Shown here in pieces: positions 1-13,099 of a stretch of 64,000 nucleotides of DNA. The position numbers and the translations under genes are program-made. Source of the stretch: Lama glama (lineage: Eukaryota); contig CM052817.1 of the NCBI GenBank assembly GCA_028534125.1, positions 33,110,001-33,174,000 of the forward strand. The letters run 5' to 3'. Under the pieces are notes generated by a model. The model had not been told where the DNA came from. It made no database searches and saw only the letters and a list, made by a program, of their open reading frames with translations. How positions within the stretch are numbered: position 1 is the first letter of the stretch; every line of letters starts with the position of its first letter.

Positions 1-34
1 ATTTTTTTGAGAATTTGCTTTTAAAAGTATTTCA

Positions 35-238
35 TATACTGCATAGTACAGGGAACTGTACTTAATATCTTATAGTAACTTATAATGAAAAAGATCATGA
101 AAAGAAATATATGTATGTATATGTATGACTTAAACATTATGCTGTGTACCAGAAATTGACACATTATAAACTATACTTCAATTTTTAAATAAAAGATTAA
201 AAAAAATTCTCATCAGAGAGAACACTGTTAGAAAAGAA
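35..238 (+). mobile_element. 5'-truncated L1 3' end, lineage-specific
   Basis: L1 3'UTR pattern (...ACAGGGAACT...GCTGTGTACCAGAAATTGACACATT...ACTTCAAT). Flanking direct repeat AAAAGTATTTCA at 23-34 and 239-250. Closely similar to the copy at 26032. Confidence 0.75.
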
Positions 239-1784
239 AAAAGTATTTCAGAATATGATTGAACATTGCTAGAGTAATATATAAATGTTATATAGCCATA
301 AATTAAATACACATCCAGAAATGATGTATCACTGATTAAAAGCATATGAGTCTTAGATAATATACTTGTCTGAGAAATATAAAGCAATCTGCAATGAGAA
401 TTCCCATTCAAAAATTACTCAGTAGAATTCCTAATGAGGAGGTTTCCTAGTGAATGAATATCAGGAATTAGGCTAAGTAACCATGGCCTTAAGTAGCCCA
501 CTTTGGGCCGTAGGTTGGAAGGAAGGCACTGCTGAAGCCTTTACAATTAACCGTTGATAACAGCACGAAGCACTGCATTATGCATGGTCTCATCTGGGCT
601 CACTTCTCCAACAGCCCTCTGTCTCACCCAACATGCCACATCCCAGTTATCAATGAGTACAGTGTTCTTTCCGGAAGAGCTCTGCATGGAGCCAAGTATA
701 CACATCTGTAGTGACGTTTTACAAACTGAGTATAAAGGAACAAAGATGACTGTGTCCCTTTTTTAAGGATATTTTCCTCCACTTAAAGCCCCAGTAACAT
801 CTCCCACTATCCAGTTAGCAATAGTTTGAAAATCAATGCATTTTTAAACGTTTAGTCTTATAAGTTGTATCTAACAAGATATTAAGTTTAGCTTTAAAAT
901 CAAACCTAGTAAAGTATATCTTTCATGTTTGAATTTGATTTGGAATAATGGAATAATGTACTTCAGAATGAATTTAACGTCTGGCACATAATAACCTTTC
1001 ATTAGCTAAGTAGTTGTTTTTATTATAATCTATTTTTTCTGAGTTGAACTAATATCATTGCTCAACATATTTCACTTATTTTGATCTGATCAAAACTGTC
1101 ATCATTAATATGAAAATTAATATTTTAAGTTTAATTTAAATGAGCATGTAAACTACATGCCAAGCTCTATTCTCAGTGGTTGGCATATAGAAAAAAAAAA
1201 AGGCACACGATTTCAATAATTTATTGTCTGGAAGAAGAGGCAAACATATAAGCAAAGAAATTAACAACAACAACAAATGTGTGGTAAGAGGCATGGTCAA
1301 TGCTAGCATAGATTTCTCTGATAGCCCAGAAGAGGGGCTCCAATCCTGGCTGGGAGGGGAGGGACCCAGAGAATGATCTCTACTGGAAATGACGAGCGAG
1401 TACGCAGATACCAAAGCAGCCAAGGGAAGAAGGTATAACTCAAACTAGAAAAGAGAATGGTAAGGAAAGTCTTCACAAAAGATAGGAAATCTTAGTCACA
1501 AGACAAGAGGAAGAACATTTCAGAAGGTGCACGGTCTAGGGACATACTAAGGAGCACTGTTTTGCTCCAGGCTAAGGTGCAAGGGGAAGGGCAGCAGAAG
1601 TGAGTGCCAAAGAGAAGGTGGAAGCTACTCTAGGAGGGCCCTGCATTCCTTGCCAAGGCTCATAGTCTTGGGTCTGCAGGCGATGGGAAGCCAAGGAGGG
1701 TGTGATTGATTTCACATTCTCAGAAGCGTAGCACAGCTCAGCAGTCACAAACAAAGTCTTTATCATCTTTCAAAACTAGGTCTA

Positions 1785-2178
1785 CATTTCTATGGGGAAT
1801 CTAAAAAATAATACAAATAAATCTATTTATACAACAGACACAGACTCATGGACATAGAAAACAAATTTATGGTTACCAAAGGGGAAAGGGAAAGGAGAGA
1901 GGAATAAATTAGGAGCATGAGATTAACAGATACATATTACTATTACTTAGTACTCATGTATAATTACACATATATTACTACTATATATAAAATAGATATG
2001 CAACAAGGAGTTGCTGTGTAACATGGGGATCAATATTCAATATCTTGTAATAACCTATGAGGAAAATAACCTGAAAAAAAAATATATATATATATAAAAC
2101 TGAATCATTTTGCCATACACCTGAAACTAACACAGTAGTGTATATCAATTATACTACAATATAAAATGAATTTTTTAA
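1785..2178 (+). mobile_element. 5'-truncated L1 3' end
   Basis: Typical L1 3'UTR (ACAGACTCATGGACATAGAAAACAAATTTATGGTTACCAAAGGGG...CACCTGAAACTAACAC). Target-site duplication AAAA(C/T)TAGGTCTA at 1772-1784 and 2179-2191. Confidence 0.8.
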
Positions 2179-4014
2179 AAAATTAGGTCTATTTGCTATG
2201 GGGCTTTAGGAGAGTTACTTAATTTCTATAAGGCTTTGAAGGCAATGGAGAACCACCAAAGAATTGTGAGCAGGGGAGTTACACTCCTCCCAATTTCCCA
2301 AATTTATGATCCACAATCATTCCCTACTTTTATCTCCAAAGCACCCCAAACCATGGGGACTTCTCCTATACTCTCAATTCTACACACAGAACCTCTAAAG
2401 TAGAACTTTACTGCCCCTCCTCTTTCCTATGAGAATAACACAGAGTGACTCCAAGATCACAGCAGGTCAGGTAATGCTGTGGTTGCCCCATCAGATTAGT
2501 GTAATGGTTAAAATGTGGGCTCTGAGGTCAGATAAATCTGGGCTCAAACTCCAACCATTCTACCTTCACCACAGCAGCGACCTGGCCTCTCCAATCCTCT
2601 TTGGGCACTCCAAGCACAGGGACCTCTTGCCCTCCTTTACCAGGAATGATCTTCCTACAAATATCCCTCTCTCTCTTCAGGTGTCTGCTGACATGTCATT
2701 TTATCCAAGAGGTCCCTTCTTATTACCCATGTAAAAGTGATGACAGCCTATCTCAGCACCTTATCCTAGCACACCCTTTCCCCCTTATGGGGTGTTACTG
2801 TCCTGAATAATCCTCATTACCATCTGATTTATTTTGTTTCCATGTTTATCTTTTTGTTGTCTAGCTCCCTCATAGAAGGTAAGGTCCTTCTACGAAGGCA
2901 GAGACTTCTTTTTTAATATCATTGCTAATTCCCCACTACCTACAACAGTGCCAGGCCCATTATACTCAACAAATATTGAATGAACAAACAATGTTCATTA
3001 GTTCTGTAACCTCATGCATGTAACCAATCCTCTCTTTTCCTCTATTTCCTCATCTGAGAGATGGAAGTAACGTAGTGACCACCTCACAGGGTGGTCATGA
3101 GGGTTAAATAAAATGATGCTTATTATACATAAAGCACTTTCTCAATTCACAGTAAATATGAGCAGTTGTATGGTTGCTGTTCTGGCTGTTACTATCATTA
3201 CTACTGCTATGGAAGAGACTGGCTCAAAACTTAGTATGTTCAAGGGCTGGTAATACATTAAATAAACCCACTTAATTACACTGAGTAATTTTTCATATAA
3301 TCCTGACTTGTGCACCAATACTGAAGTCACGTGGGGCTTGTACTCTCTGCCTCTTTCCTATTAAAACATTTAGAAGAAATACATAGCTTCTATGGTGTCT
3401 AACACTGATGCAGAACCAGGTCATGAAAATTGTTTTGTTGACATAAATAATTCTGAGTGTCTAGATGTGACAGTTGCTAATGTCCACTTTTCATCCCAGT
3501 TTCCTAAACACACCATACCCTACATCACACATGGTCATTTTAAGTTTACCAAGCTAACATTCATGAACTAATTCTGGTTCTCCGAATAACCAGCACTGAA
3601 GAAGATCAAAGTTGCACTAACTGGCAGAACTGGCAGCAGAGCTGTGTCCTGCACCCACTTCCTCACCAAGTCACTCTTACTGCTGTTTGGTGGTTTACAC
3701 ACGCACTCCTCTATCAGCATCTGAGCCGAGTACAGGAGTTAATCACTGCCTTTCTCTAATATGCTTATAAAAGTTGATCCAATAGACATTTCACACTACT
3801 GAAGTCTCACATGACGTCAATTCCTGATATCCAATTTTGTAAGTCAAGAAAAATGTCATTGAAATCCACACTAGAATCATGATAGTGTATTTTACATAAT
3901 TCTTTATCCTCTCCAACTGTACAAACTGTTTTCCTAATGAGGGAATAAGCAGTGCACAGAGGGCTATCACAACAGGGCCAGTGTCGTGGACTAGTGGTCG
4001 TAGCAGTGTAGACT

Positions 4015-4230
4015 GGGAGAAGCATGGGTTCTGGAACCCAGCAGTGAAGGCTCTGGTTGTGCCACTTGCTGGCTCTGTGTCCCTGGGAGAGTTACTTAGC
4101 CTCTCAATACACGTTTCCTCCTCTGTTATCTGGGGATGGTAACAGGACATATTCAGTGTATTGTTACACTGTGAATGTGCTCGTAAATCTAGAGCACCTA
4201 GAACAATCTTGGCACATAAGTGCCCAATCA
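4015..4230 (+). mobile_element. MIR SINE. Other MIR-like copies at about 6180-6460, 19495-19680, 20305-20510, 23140-23350, 28760-28920, 29880-30100 and 61320-61450
   Basis: MIR core pattern (CCACTTGCTGGCTCTGTGTCCCTGGGAGAGTTACTTAGCCTCTC...TTTCCTC). Boundaries approximate. Confidence 0.7.
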
Positions 4231-4547
4231 GCACGGCAGTAATGGCAGCGGTAGTATTAGTAATAAAAAAATCAACAGTCAGAATCTTCTCATAAGATAT
4301 AGAGGGAAGGCTGTTTTAGAAGTACATTAGTCTCTTCCATGTACTTACATGCACATATGGATAACCGCTGTCAGTAGCTTCACTTTTTGGTAGGAAAAGG
4401 TCAACAATATATAATGCAGAATTCTTTATGAAACACATGGGAAACACTAACTCAAGCAATCCCTCGATATATGATGGTTTGATGTAAAGAATTTTGATTT
4501 TCAGGAATAAAATAAGAGGCTTTGCTACAGATTAGAGACTCAAAGCT

Positions 4548-5047
4548 NNNNNNNNNNNNNNNNNNNNNNNNNNNNNNNNNNNNNNNNNNNNNNNNNNNNN
4601 NNNNNNNNNNNNNNNNNNNNNNNNNNNNNNNNNNNNNNNNNNNNNNNNNNNNNNNNNNNNNNNNNNNNNNNNNNNNNNNNNNNNNNNNNNNNNNNNNNNN
4701 NNNNNNNNNNNNNNNNNNNNNNNNNNNNNNNNNNNNNNNNNNNNNNNNNNNNNNNNNNNNNNNNNNNNNNNNNNNNNNNNNNNNNNNNNNNNNNNNNNNN
4801 NNNNNNNNNNNNNNNNNNNNNNNNNNNNNNNNNNNNNNNNNNNNNNNNNNNNNNNNNNNNNNNNNNNNNNNNNNNNNNNNNNNNNNNNNNNNNNNNNNNN
4901 NNNNNNNNNNNNNNNNNNNNNNNNNNNNNNNNNNNNNNNNNNNNNNNNNNNNNNNNNNNNNNNNNNNNNNNNNNNNNNNNNNNNNNNNNNNNNNNNNNNN
5001 NNNNNNNNNNNNNNNNNNNNNNNNNNNNNNNNNNNNNNNNNNNNNNN
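4548..5047. other. Assembly gap, exactly 500 N
   Basis: Run of N. Confidence 0.99.
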
Positions 5048-8000
5048 ATGTATCTTTTTGAATTAATTCTTATTTTGTGGTTGGCTTTATTCCTTTGATA
5101 ACTATGTAAGTTTAAAAAGCTAAAGCTCTAAACGTTCTAAGAAACAATGAACAGTACATATATGTAAATTTTAAAAATATATGCAGTATATTGTGTATAT
5201 GTATTTACATTCAATGCATTGTATATGTGCAGTCAAGTTATAAGAATTTTACCTAATAAAACTGAAAAATGAAAAAAAAGGGGAAAAAATAATCTAGCCA
5301 AATTGGGGAGTTGCAGGTAAAATAGGTTGGCCATAAATTGATCACTACTGAATCTGAGTGATGGCTCTCTGGGAGGAGCTATTATAATATTCTCTATTCT
5401 TCTGTATAATTTTGAAATTTTCCATGATAAAGATTTTTGTAAGTGCTGCATTTGAGTATTAAAAAAAAAAGAGCCTCAAAGAAGCCAACTGAGTTACTTA
5501 ACTACCTTCAATCTATAAATGGCAAAACCAGGACCCAAGCAACCAGTTTCTGAGCCAGCAATCTTTCTACTATACCATGCCATGCTTATATAATGCAAAT
5601 CATCAAGGCAAACCCATCATGTAGAATATCAATTATTTTAAACTTTTCATGTTAGTTTTCTTTTCAAATCTTTTATACATCCTTTATTCTCTCTTTATAT
5701 TCACATGTGGGCCTATAAAGAACAGAATGAAACAGAGTGAAGAGTAAAGTAGATCCACATTAACTCAAGACACAGGTAAGGTTTCCTCTTAGGATTTTGC
5801 CCAGTTTTTGTTTTAAACAATATCATACTATACCCCTTGGAGGTCACCGTTAGTCACTGACAGTCCCCTGTGATACAATGCCAATCATGTCCCACTTTTA
5901 CTCAAGTTTCTTCTTTAAATGTTTCTAAAAAGATTTTGCTGAATTTTAAATCATTCTATACATATTTATATAACTGAAAAGACAAAAAACTAAAGTCTAA
6001 ATTACCCTGAGGTATTATTAACTCTTATTTGATGTTCATTATATCCTTGGGAAAGAAAGAAGGAGAAATGGCCTCTAGCTATTTTATGACTGATAAAACT
6101 GAGACAAAATGAAGCCCTTTGCCTAGCATCTGATTATTAATAAAAAGGAGGGCAAGGTTTAGAGTTTAGAACTAACATTCAAAGTGCCATAGGCTGTTTC
6201 TGTGACCTTGGGTAATTCAGTTCATCTTTCTGGGGCTTTCCATCTCCTTATAAATATCATTAATGTTATTATTTTCATTTATTGAGAACTCACTGTCATA
6301 GGCAATATGACTATATTATCTCATTGAAAAACAACCCTCCAGGATAAGCATCATCGACCCACTTCAAAAGTGAGAAAGCTGATTCTTAAAGAGATGAAAT
6401 AATTTGCCCAAATCACATAGCTAATAAATGGAGATTTGAACCCAGGTCCCTGTGAACTCCAAAATCCCACTATGAAACCACAATTCCACACTATCCTGCA
6501 AAATAAAAGGCTCAAATGAGAATGCTAATTTCTGAGGTTCCTTGGGTCCCTAACAAGCTATATTCATGGTTTCCTTTATGTCCTAGTTCTCCAAGTTCAC
6601 ATGGATGAATCTGATTAATTTTGCAACACTCAATGAACGATAGTCATCCTATGCTGTTACTTCTTTTATTAAAATCCTTTTTATTTTTCACAAGTCCAGT
6701 GATAGTAATAAAGAGTTAACAAAAGAACAGTCCCAACAGCTTACAGAAAATTTTAAACAATTTTCTACCCTTTTCTGTTTTTAAAGTCAAATTTTCCAAT
6801 GAGATAAACTTCATTTCACTGTAGCTACTGGAACACAATTTTGTTTGTTTCCTTAAAAGACATAAAAGTAGAATATTTGTCCTATGAAAAGATCCATTTT
6901 ATCACTATGAGATGTAATTTGTTTCTGTATTATCAGTAATTACATAAAATGTCAAATACATATTAAATAAATGTCCTTTTTTGTTAAAGTGATTACCTTG
7001 TATCCTTAAAAATCAAACTTTTATGACAAATTGTCATCTATGAAGAAAACTGCAGGCCAGCAATATACATATAATAATAACCTGCTAGAATTAGCTTTTT
7101 TAAGTCTTTAAGGAGACTTCTATACCTGAAGATATGGTCTTTCAGTTAATTCCTGGCTCTTTATTCACTAGAATTACTCAACTGTGAGTGAAATCTTAGA
7201 AGCTGCCTTAGTTTGGCACATATGAAATGTCAAATGCAGTCTGCTAGAAACTAACAGGAAATATTCATCACCAAACGAAATACAAAAAAGACAACATTAA
7301 TTCTTAAAAGATGGCTAAATGTTGAATCATGGTGCTGCTTCAATCAAGTGGAAGGCATACAATTAAGAGTCTGAGGGTACAATGTGATTGCACACCATTA
7401 TCTTGTGACTAAACTCAGAGAAACGGTTTCTCTGTGGCATGTACCGGAAGCTAAGCTTACTCACACGGTTTGCAATAGCAGTTACAGTATTCCAACAAAA
7501 ATACAATGATAACAAAAAATAAATAAATAAACATTTTCAACTAATTTCAAACAGAGAGCAAGCTGACTCATAGGTTTTCACAGCAGGGAATAATGACTCC
7601 CATCAGTGGTGAGCTTAATGAGCTATGAAGGTAGGTTTGTTAATTGAACTATTCACCCAGGTTTCAACAGTAATCTTTCCTCTCGACAACTTTTTCAAAC
7701 AATTACCTCATCTTAAACAAAATTATCCATTAACCTTCATCTCAATAGAGGAGAAAGCAGCTAAACACAGAAGGATATTGAAGTAGACCCCTGGCGCTGG
7801 AAAGCAGTTCTTTGTTGCTCCTGTCTTTCAGAATCTGAGCACTTCCTGCGGGCCGGGTGCTCACTGAGGTGCTGCAGACACAGCTGTGAGCAGCTCCAGT
7901 GCCCTGTGCTCCCTGAGCCAGCAATCTAGCAGGGAAGCTGGAACTGAGCATGCGCCTACAGGAGTGACACAAGCAGAGACAGGAGGCTCTGGGAGAGGAG

Positions 8001-11000
8001 AGCGCCTGACCTGGTCTCGGTGTGAGGGTGGAGGTCACAGGTAGCTGAGGATGTGACAGTGAGACTGGAAAAAAGGGCAGGAATGAGCCAGTAAAAGAAT
8101 GGAGTAAAAGCTGTCTAGATCAGAGTAGCATCGTAGGCCGGGGTTCTGCAAGAGAACTTCAGACATTTGCAAGGAAATTACAAAGTACGAGTGGAGTGTG
8201 AAGATCTACTTTGACACTGCCCTCATCTTATGTCCAATTATCCAAGGCCTGGTAACCCATATCAGGGATTGTAGACTTTTTTTTCAATGGCAACAGACTG
8301 ATCTGATCAGATTCGCATTACTGAAAAATGACCCTGACCTCATTGTAGACAGTAGATCCAAGGACTGGGTGAGAATCTACTGCATAGTCCAAGCAAGAAC
8401 TGATGGCTTAGACTAGATTGATTCCCTAAAGCTGGCAGATCATATTCTCATGCTCAAAACCCTTCCATGCTTCCTGCTACTATTACACTAAGTTCCTTAT
8501 TTTGGCCAACAAGCTTATACACTTTGATGCATTCCTGTAACTACATCTTCACCTCTCACCATCTCAGCTTTATCCATTAGGCCCTAGACCTACTGGCCTG
8601 ATTTCAGCCCCTTGAATGGGTCAAAGTATGTTCCCAACTCAGGGCCTTTATATTTGCTATTCCCTTTGCCTACATCCCTCTTCCTCCAGATGTTCACTGA
8701 CTAGGGCTCATTCATTCAACAAATATTTATTGAGCACCTACCAAATGTCAGTTCTGTTCTAGGTTTCCCTCCTTGACCACTATAGCTAACGTGGTATTTC
8801 TTATTCCAAGTGCCAGTTGCCCCATCTTATTGTATGTATAACATTTGTCATTAACTCAAATTAGGTTTTATTAAATAGAATTTATTTTAGTGAATTCAGA
8901 GGGAAGTGATCACAAGGCATTAAGGACAGAAATAGTCTGGCTTTATCAGAATGTCAGTATCCTGGGCCCATCGCTAGCAGTGCACTCAGGCCCTCAGCAC
9001 CCCATGGGCCATGGACTGTGCCAGGCACTGGAGGTGTAACAGCACACAAGGGTGACCAAGTCAGGCACAAACCTTCCCTCAGCTAGCCTCCAAAGTCTAG
9101 TTGGAAAAAACAGATACTAAACTAGTAGTTATGAGATAATGTACTATAAGCTGTTACAGGAAATACAAGGTATGATCTATGGAAGCAAAGATCAGACAGG
9201 AAGCAGGGAAATGGAAAGAGTAACATGTCGGATGGCCAAAAGGTAGGAAAGTAGAACACTGAGGACCTGGAAAGAGTTTGATGTAGCTGCAGCCAAGAGT
9301 GTGAGCATACAGGAGGGAAGGGAAGGAGGTGACAGGAAAAGACGGAGAAGATGAAAAAATAAGCAAGGAGCAGATCTAGAAAGGCTTTCCAAAACAAGTT
9401 AAAGTTTTAGTCTTTATTCAAAGAGCAACAGAGAGCAATCAAAGGATTTCATCAGAAGGGGGTTCAAAACATTTATTTATTATTACTTGCACAGTTAAAT
9501 GTATTCATAGATGGACATTAAAAATACAATGATTTCAAAGAGTGTAGATAAAATTTACCTTTTAAATATTACCAAACTATGTGAATATAATCCATTTATT
9601 TCTTCCTATTAGAGGTTCTTTCGTTAGGTTTTGTTCATTTTTTCCAACAAGTATGAGTGACTCCTTTGCACCAGGCCCTGTTCTTGGGACTGGGGATACA
9701 TTAGTGAACAAAACAGACATAAAACTACTCTCCTCATGTAATTCATATTCTGAAGTTTACTTTCCAAACATAGCACATGAAAATCATAAAGTAAAAGGAA
9801 TCTGAATCAAAGGTTCCCTAGAAATCATCTACTGTACTTCTCTTTTACAGAAAAGAAAAACATGATTATGAGAAATTAAGTACCTTGTTCAAGGTCATAA
9901 AGCTTTGCTGAAAATGCCACTATACTGCAATAATGCCTAGAAAACAAAAACTGCACAGAAGCTGTCCAAAGACACCAAAAAACCCACATCAACACAGTCA
10001 GCCTCTCTGGCTCAACCAAAAGGAAGAGATTGCTTTAAGGAGGTTTTTGTATCCACTGCCACATTTGTTAAAGAATGTTCCCATAACTATCAAATACATT
10101 GTTGAAAAAGATAAGATTACTTCAAAACTGTTAAACTCAATATTACACTGAAGTACATTTCAGGGAAGAAGCAGAGCAGAATGGAAAAAACACAACCCTG
10201 ATGCACTTCGTACTATGATCTGGTCACTCCCACCTACCTAGCAAATCTCAGTGACGCTATATATCTCTTATACTACAGGACAGTGATTTTCATTATTTGC
10301 TCAAGATATTCACTCAAGAATAAAGTAACCAACAAATTTTCTTTGTACTGTTCTAATTGCAGAAAAGCTGTCATTTTAAAAGCAAGAATAAATGTATTAT
10401 CTGTTATAAATGTTTAATTAGCATACTAATCTTGTGAATTATGTATTTTTAGTTTGGTATTCAAAAATAAAAAATGCACGCGCCTTCTCTATCAATCTAC
10501 AGCTAATAAAAATCTATCTGTGTGACTGATCATAAACACACTAGAATGACTTTAACAGGAATCACAGAAATCACAACCACATGTTAAGAAAACAAAACAA
10601 AATACAGGATAAAATACTGTTTAATTGCAGTATAAACAAGTGCACACAAGCTTTATAATGTCCAGAATAATAAAAGAACAATCTCCAACTAATATATAAT
10701 CAAAGTTTCCTCTCTTTCCAAGGAATACTCTAATTCATCATTTCTTCCTTCAATATGATACCTTCATTCAGCTGGCAAAAGGCCCATGAAATCGCTTAAA
10801 AAATGGACCAGAACATAACATATAAACTGATTGACAATCATATAAAATAACTGGGGAGAACTGAACTTCACATCAATACAGATAAACAATTTTTATTCCT
10901 ACTGTCTACCGGCTCATTAATGATAATACCGTAATCGACATAAACTTAGTCATAATTTCCTCATAACAAACAATAAAGTGTAGGAAAGACTGTTTTTCAC

Positions 11001-11769
11001 ATGGATTCCTAATGCATAAACAAATTAACTCAACATGAAGATTTTAAATTACTAACACAATTAGATTACTTAAACCAAATACACATCCCCTCTATGCAGA
11101 TTTTTCTGACTCTGAAGGATATACTTTGAGTTCCATGACCCATTCCAAAGGCCAACACTTGCTCCACTGGGGAGCTCTAGGCTGGATTACATTTGTGTGT
11201 TTTGGCTTGAATTCAAGACTTGGAAAGTTGAGGATTAGTTCATGTGTAAAGAAACTCTAAGACAGAGTTAGCGACAGTTTTATAGAGACTTTTAGAAGCA
11301 AACTCAATCTGTTCACTTTATCCCTTCTATCACTCCACTCCACTCTTTTCAAAAGCAGCACAACCTATTAGTCTATCATCATACAGTGATTCCAGAATCT
11401 ATTACTCTGTTCACCATGGGTGACACCATCGTACCCATACACATGTAAGTGTGGAAGTTTCAAAGATACTAAATCGAGGAAACTTGATTTGTTTAAATTA
11501 TTACAGTCTTGTTCTATTCTTCACTGGTTTGAGTTTAGGTTTTGGTTCAGGTGGAATAAGAATTTATATTGCTCCTATTATTTACCATCTTGACTCCCAT
11601 ATATTTTTTTAAGGTATTTTGAACCATGTCCCTTGGCACCTTAGAAATACAGAATCTTGTTGAAGTGTTAAAAGGGATGCAAATCTGAGGTGAGAAGAAT
11701 ATACAATAGTTCTTTCTGTAAGGGTGGTTTAGGGGTCATAATCTGTTTAGGGGCTAGAAAAGAGAACTT

Positions 11770-11852
11770 TTTTAATGGGGATACTGGGGATTGAACCCAG
11801 AACCTTGTGCATGCTAAGCATGCATTCTACCACTAAGCTATACTCATTGCCT
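11770..11852 (-). mobile_element. Short tRNA-derived SINE, camelid Vic-1-like
   Basis: Minus strand reads GTATAGCTTAGTGGTAGAATGCATGCTTAGCATGCACAAGGTTCTGGGTTCAATCCCCAGTATCCCC, with A- and B-boxes and an A tail. TSD AAGAGAACTT at 11760-11769 and 11853-11862. Confidence 0.85.
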
Positions 11853-12299
11853 AAGAGAACTTATCTGGAAGTTGCATTTGCACAGCAAGCATACTATATT
11901 TACTTATAATGAGGATGAGGTAGAGTTCCTCATCAAGCTTAATTATTCAAATTAAAGTATTTTCAATACTGTAAGATAAATAATCTGTGTGTGAGTTGTG
12001 TGGAAAAACTGGAGGACTCCACTTGACTAATAAAAATAGAGAGTTTTATATTATTGTTTAATTTAGCTGCTCCTTGAAATCCAAAACTCTGAGAACCGCT
12101 TCACAAAGCTCCATTCCTAGGGAACAAAGTTAAAAAGAATAGCTCATGTTTTCTTCTAGCTTATTGCAGCCAAAATTATTCTGTTAGTAAAAGAGATAGG
12201 AATTCAGAGTAAAAGCCTAAAAATGAAGGGATTACAAGTACACATGTCTGGAACAGCCCCCATGAAAAACAGTCATCATGGAAATAATTCAGCCAAGAA

Positions 12300-12925
12300 A
12301 TATTAATGGATGCTAAAGCAGTGGGTTAAAGTTTGATGAGGAAAAGGATATTTACATAATCTCAAAATGTCTCCTTTAATCAAGTGATCAAAGTTGCCAC
12401 TAGGAGTGGACAAAGTAAAATTGTATGCCACCTGACAGAATGCAATGGAAAGAACACAGCATTGCTTGTGTGATATTCTTCCCAAAAATGGACAATCTGA
12501 ATCTAATCATGAGGAAGCATGAGACAAACCTAAACTGAGGGACATTCTACAAAATAACTAGCTGTACTCTTCAAAAATGTCAAGGTCATGAACATCAAGG
12601 AAAGACTGTTATAAAGGGCAGTAAAGAGACGTAACAATTAAATGTAATGTGTGATTCTGACCAATATCGTTTTGCTTAGATAAACTATATTATTGAGATA
12701 AGTGTCAAAACTTGTGAGTTAGATGGCAGTAGTGTAACAGTGCTAATTTCGTGATTGAGATTACAGTGGAGAATATCACTTTGCAAGGAATAGACACTAA
12801 CATATTTAGAAGTGATAGGCACAGAGAGATTATTCTCAAATGGTTCAAGGAGGAAAAAATGTATTTTCTTGTACTATTCTTGCAACTTTTTTGTATGTTA
12901 AAAATTATCTGAAAAAAAATTTTAA
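12300..12925 (+). mobile_element. Old L1 3' end, L1MC-like
   Basis: Motifs CTGAATCTAATCATGAGGAA...GACAAACC...TGAGGGACATTCTACAAAATAAC and CTTGTACTATTCTTGCAACTTTT. Subfamily from recall. Confidence 0.65.
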
Positions 12926-13099
12926 GGTATCAATCAATTCAAAGAAAAATGTCGAGTAGCTTTGAAAGGTAAGTATATGGATAAGATGCTCTTCAATTAA
13001 CAAAGTCTGGAAACACTATTCTAAGTAACTGCAAGTAAAAAACTCAGTAATACCAAGCACCTAAATGCTCACACCCCTTCCTAAGTTAAAAATTACACT

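Noticed and set aside
4522..5061. Long poly-X ORFs here and at 26795-26980 and 60190-60798
   Set aside because: Artefacts of N runs.
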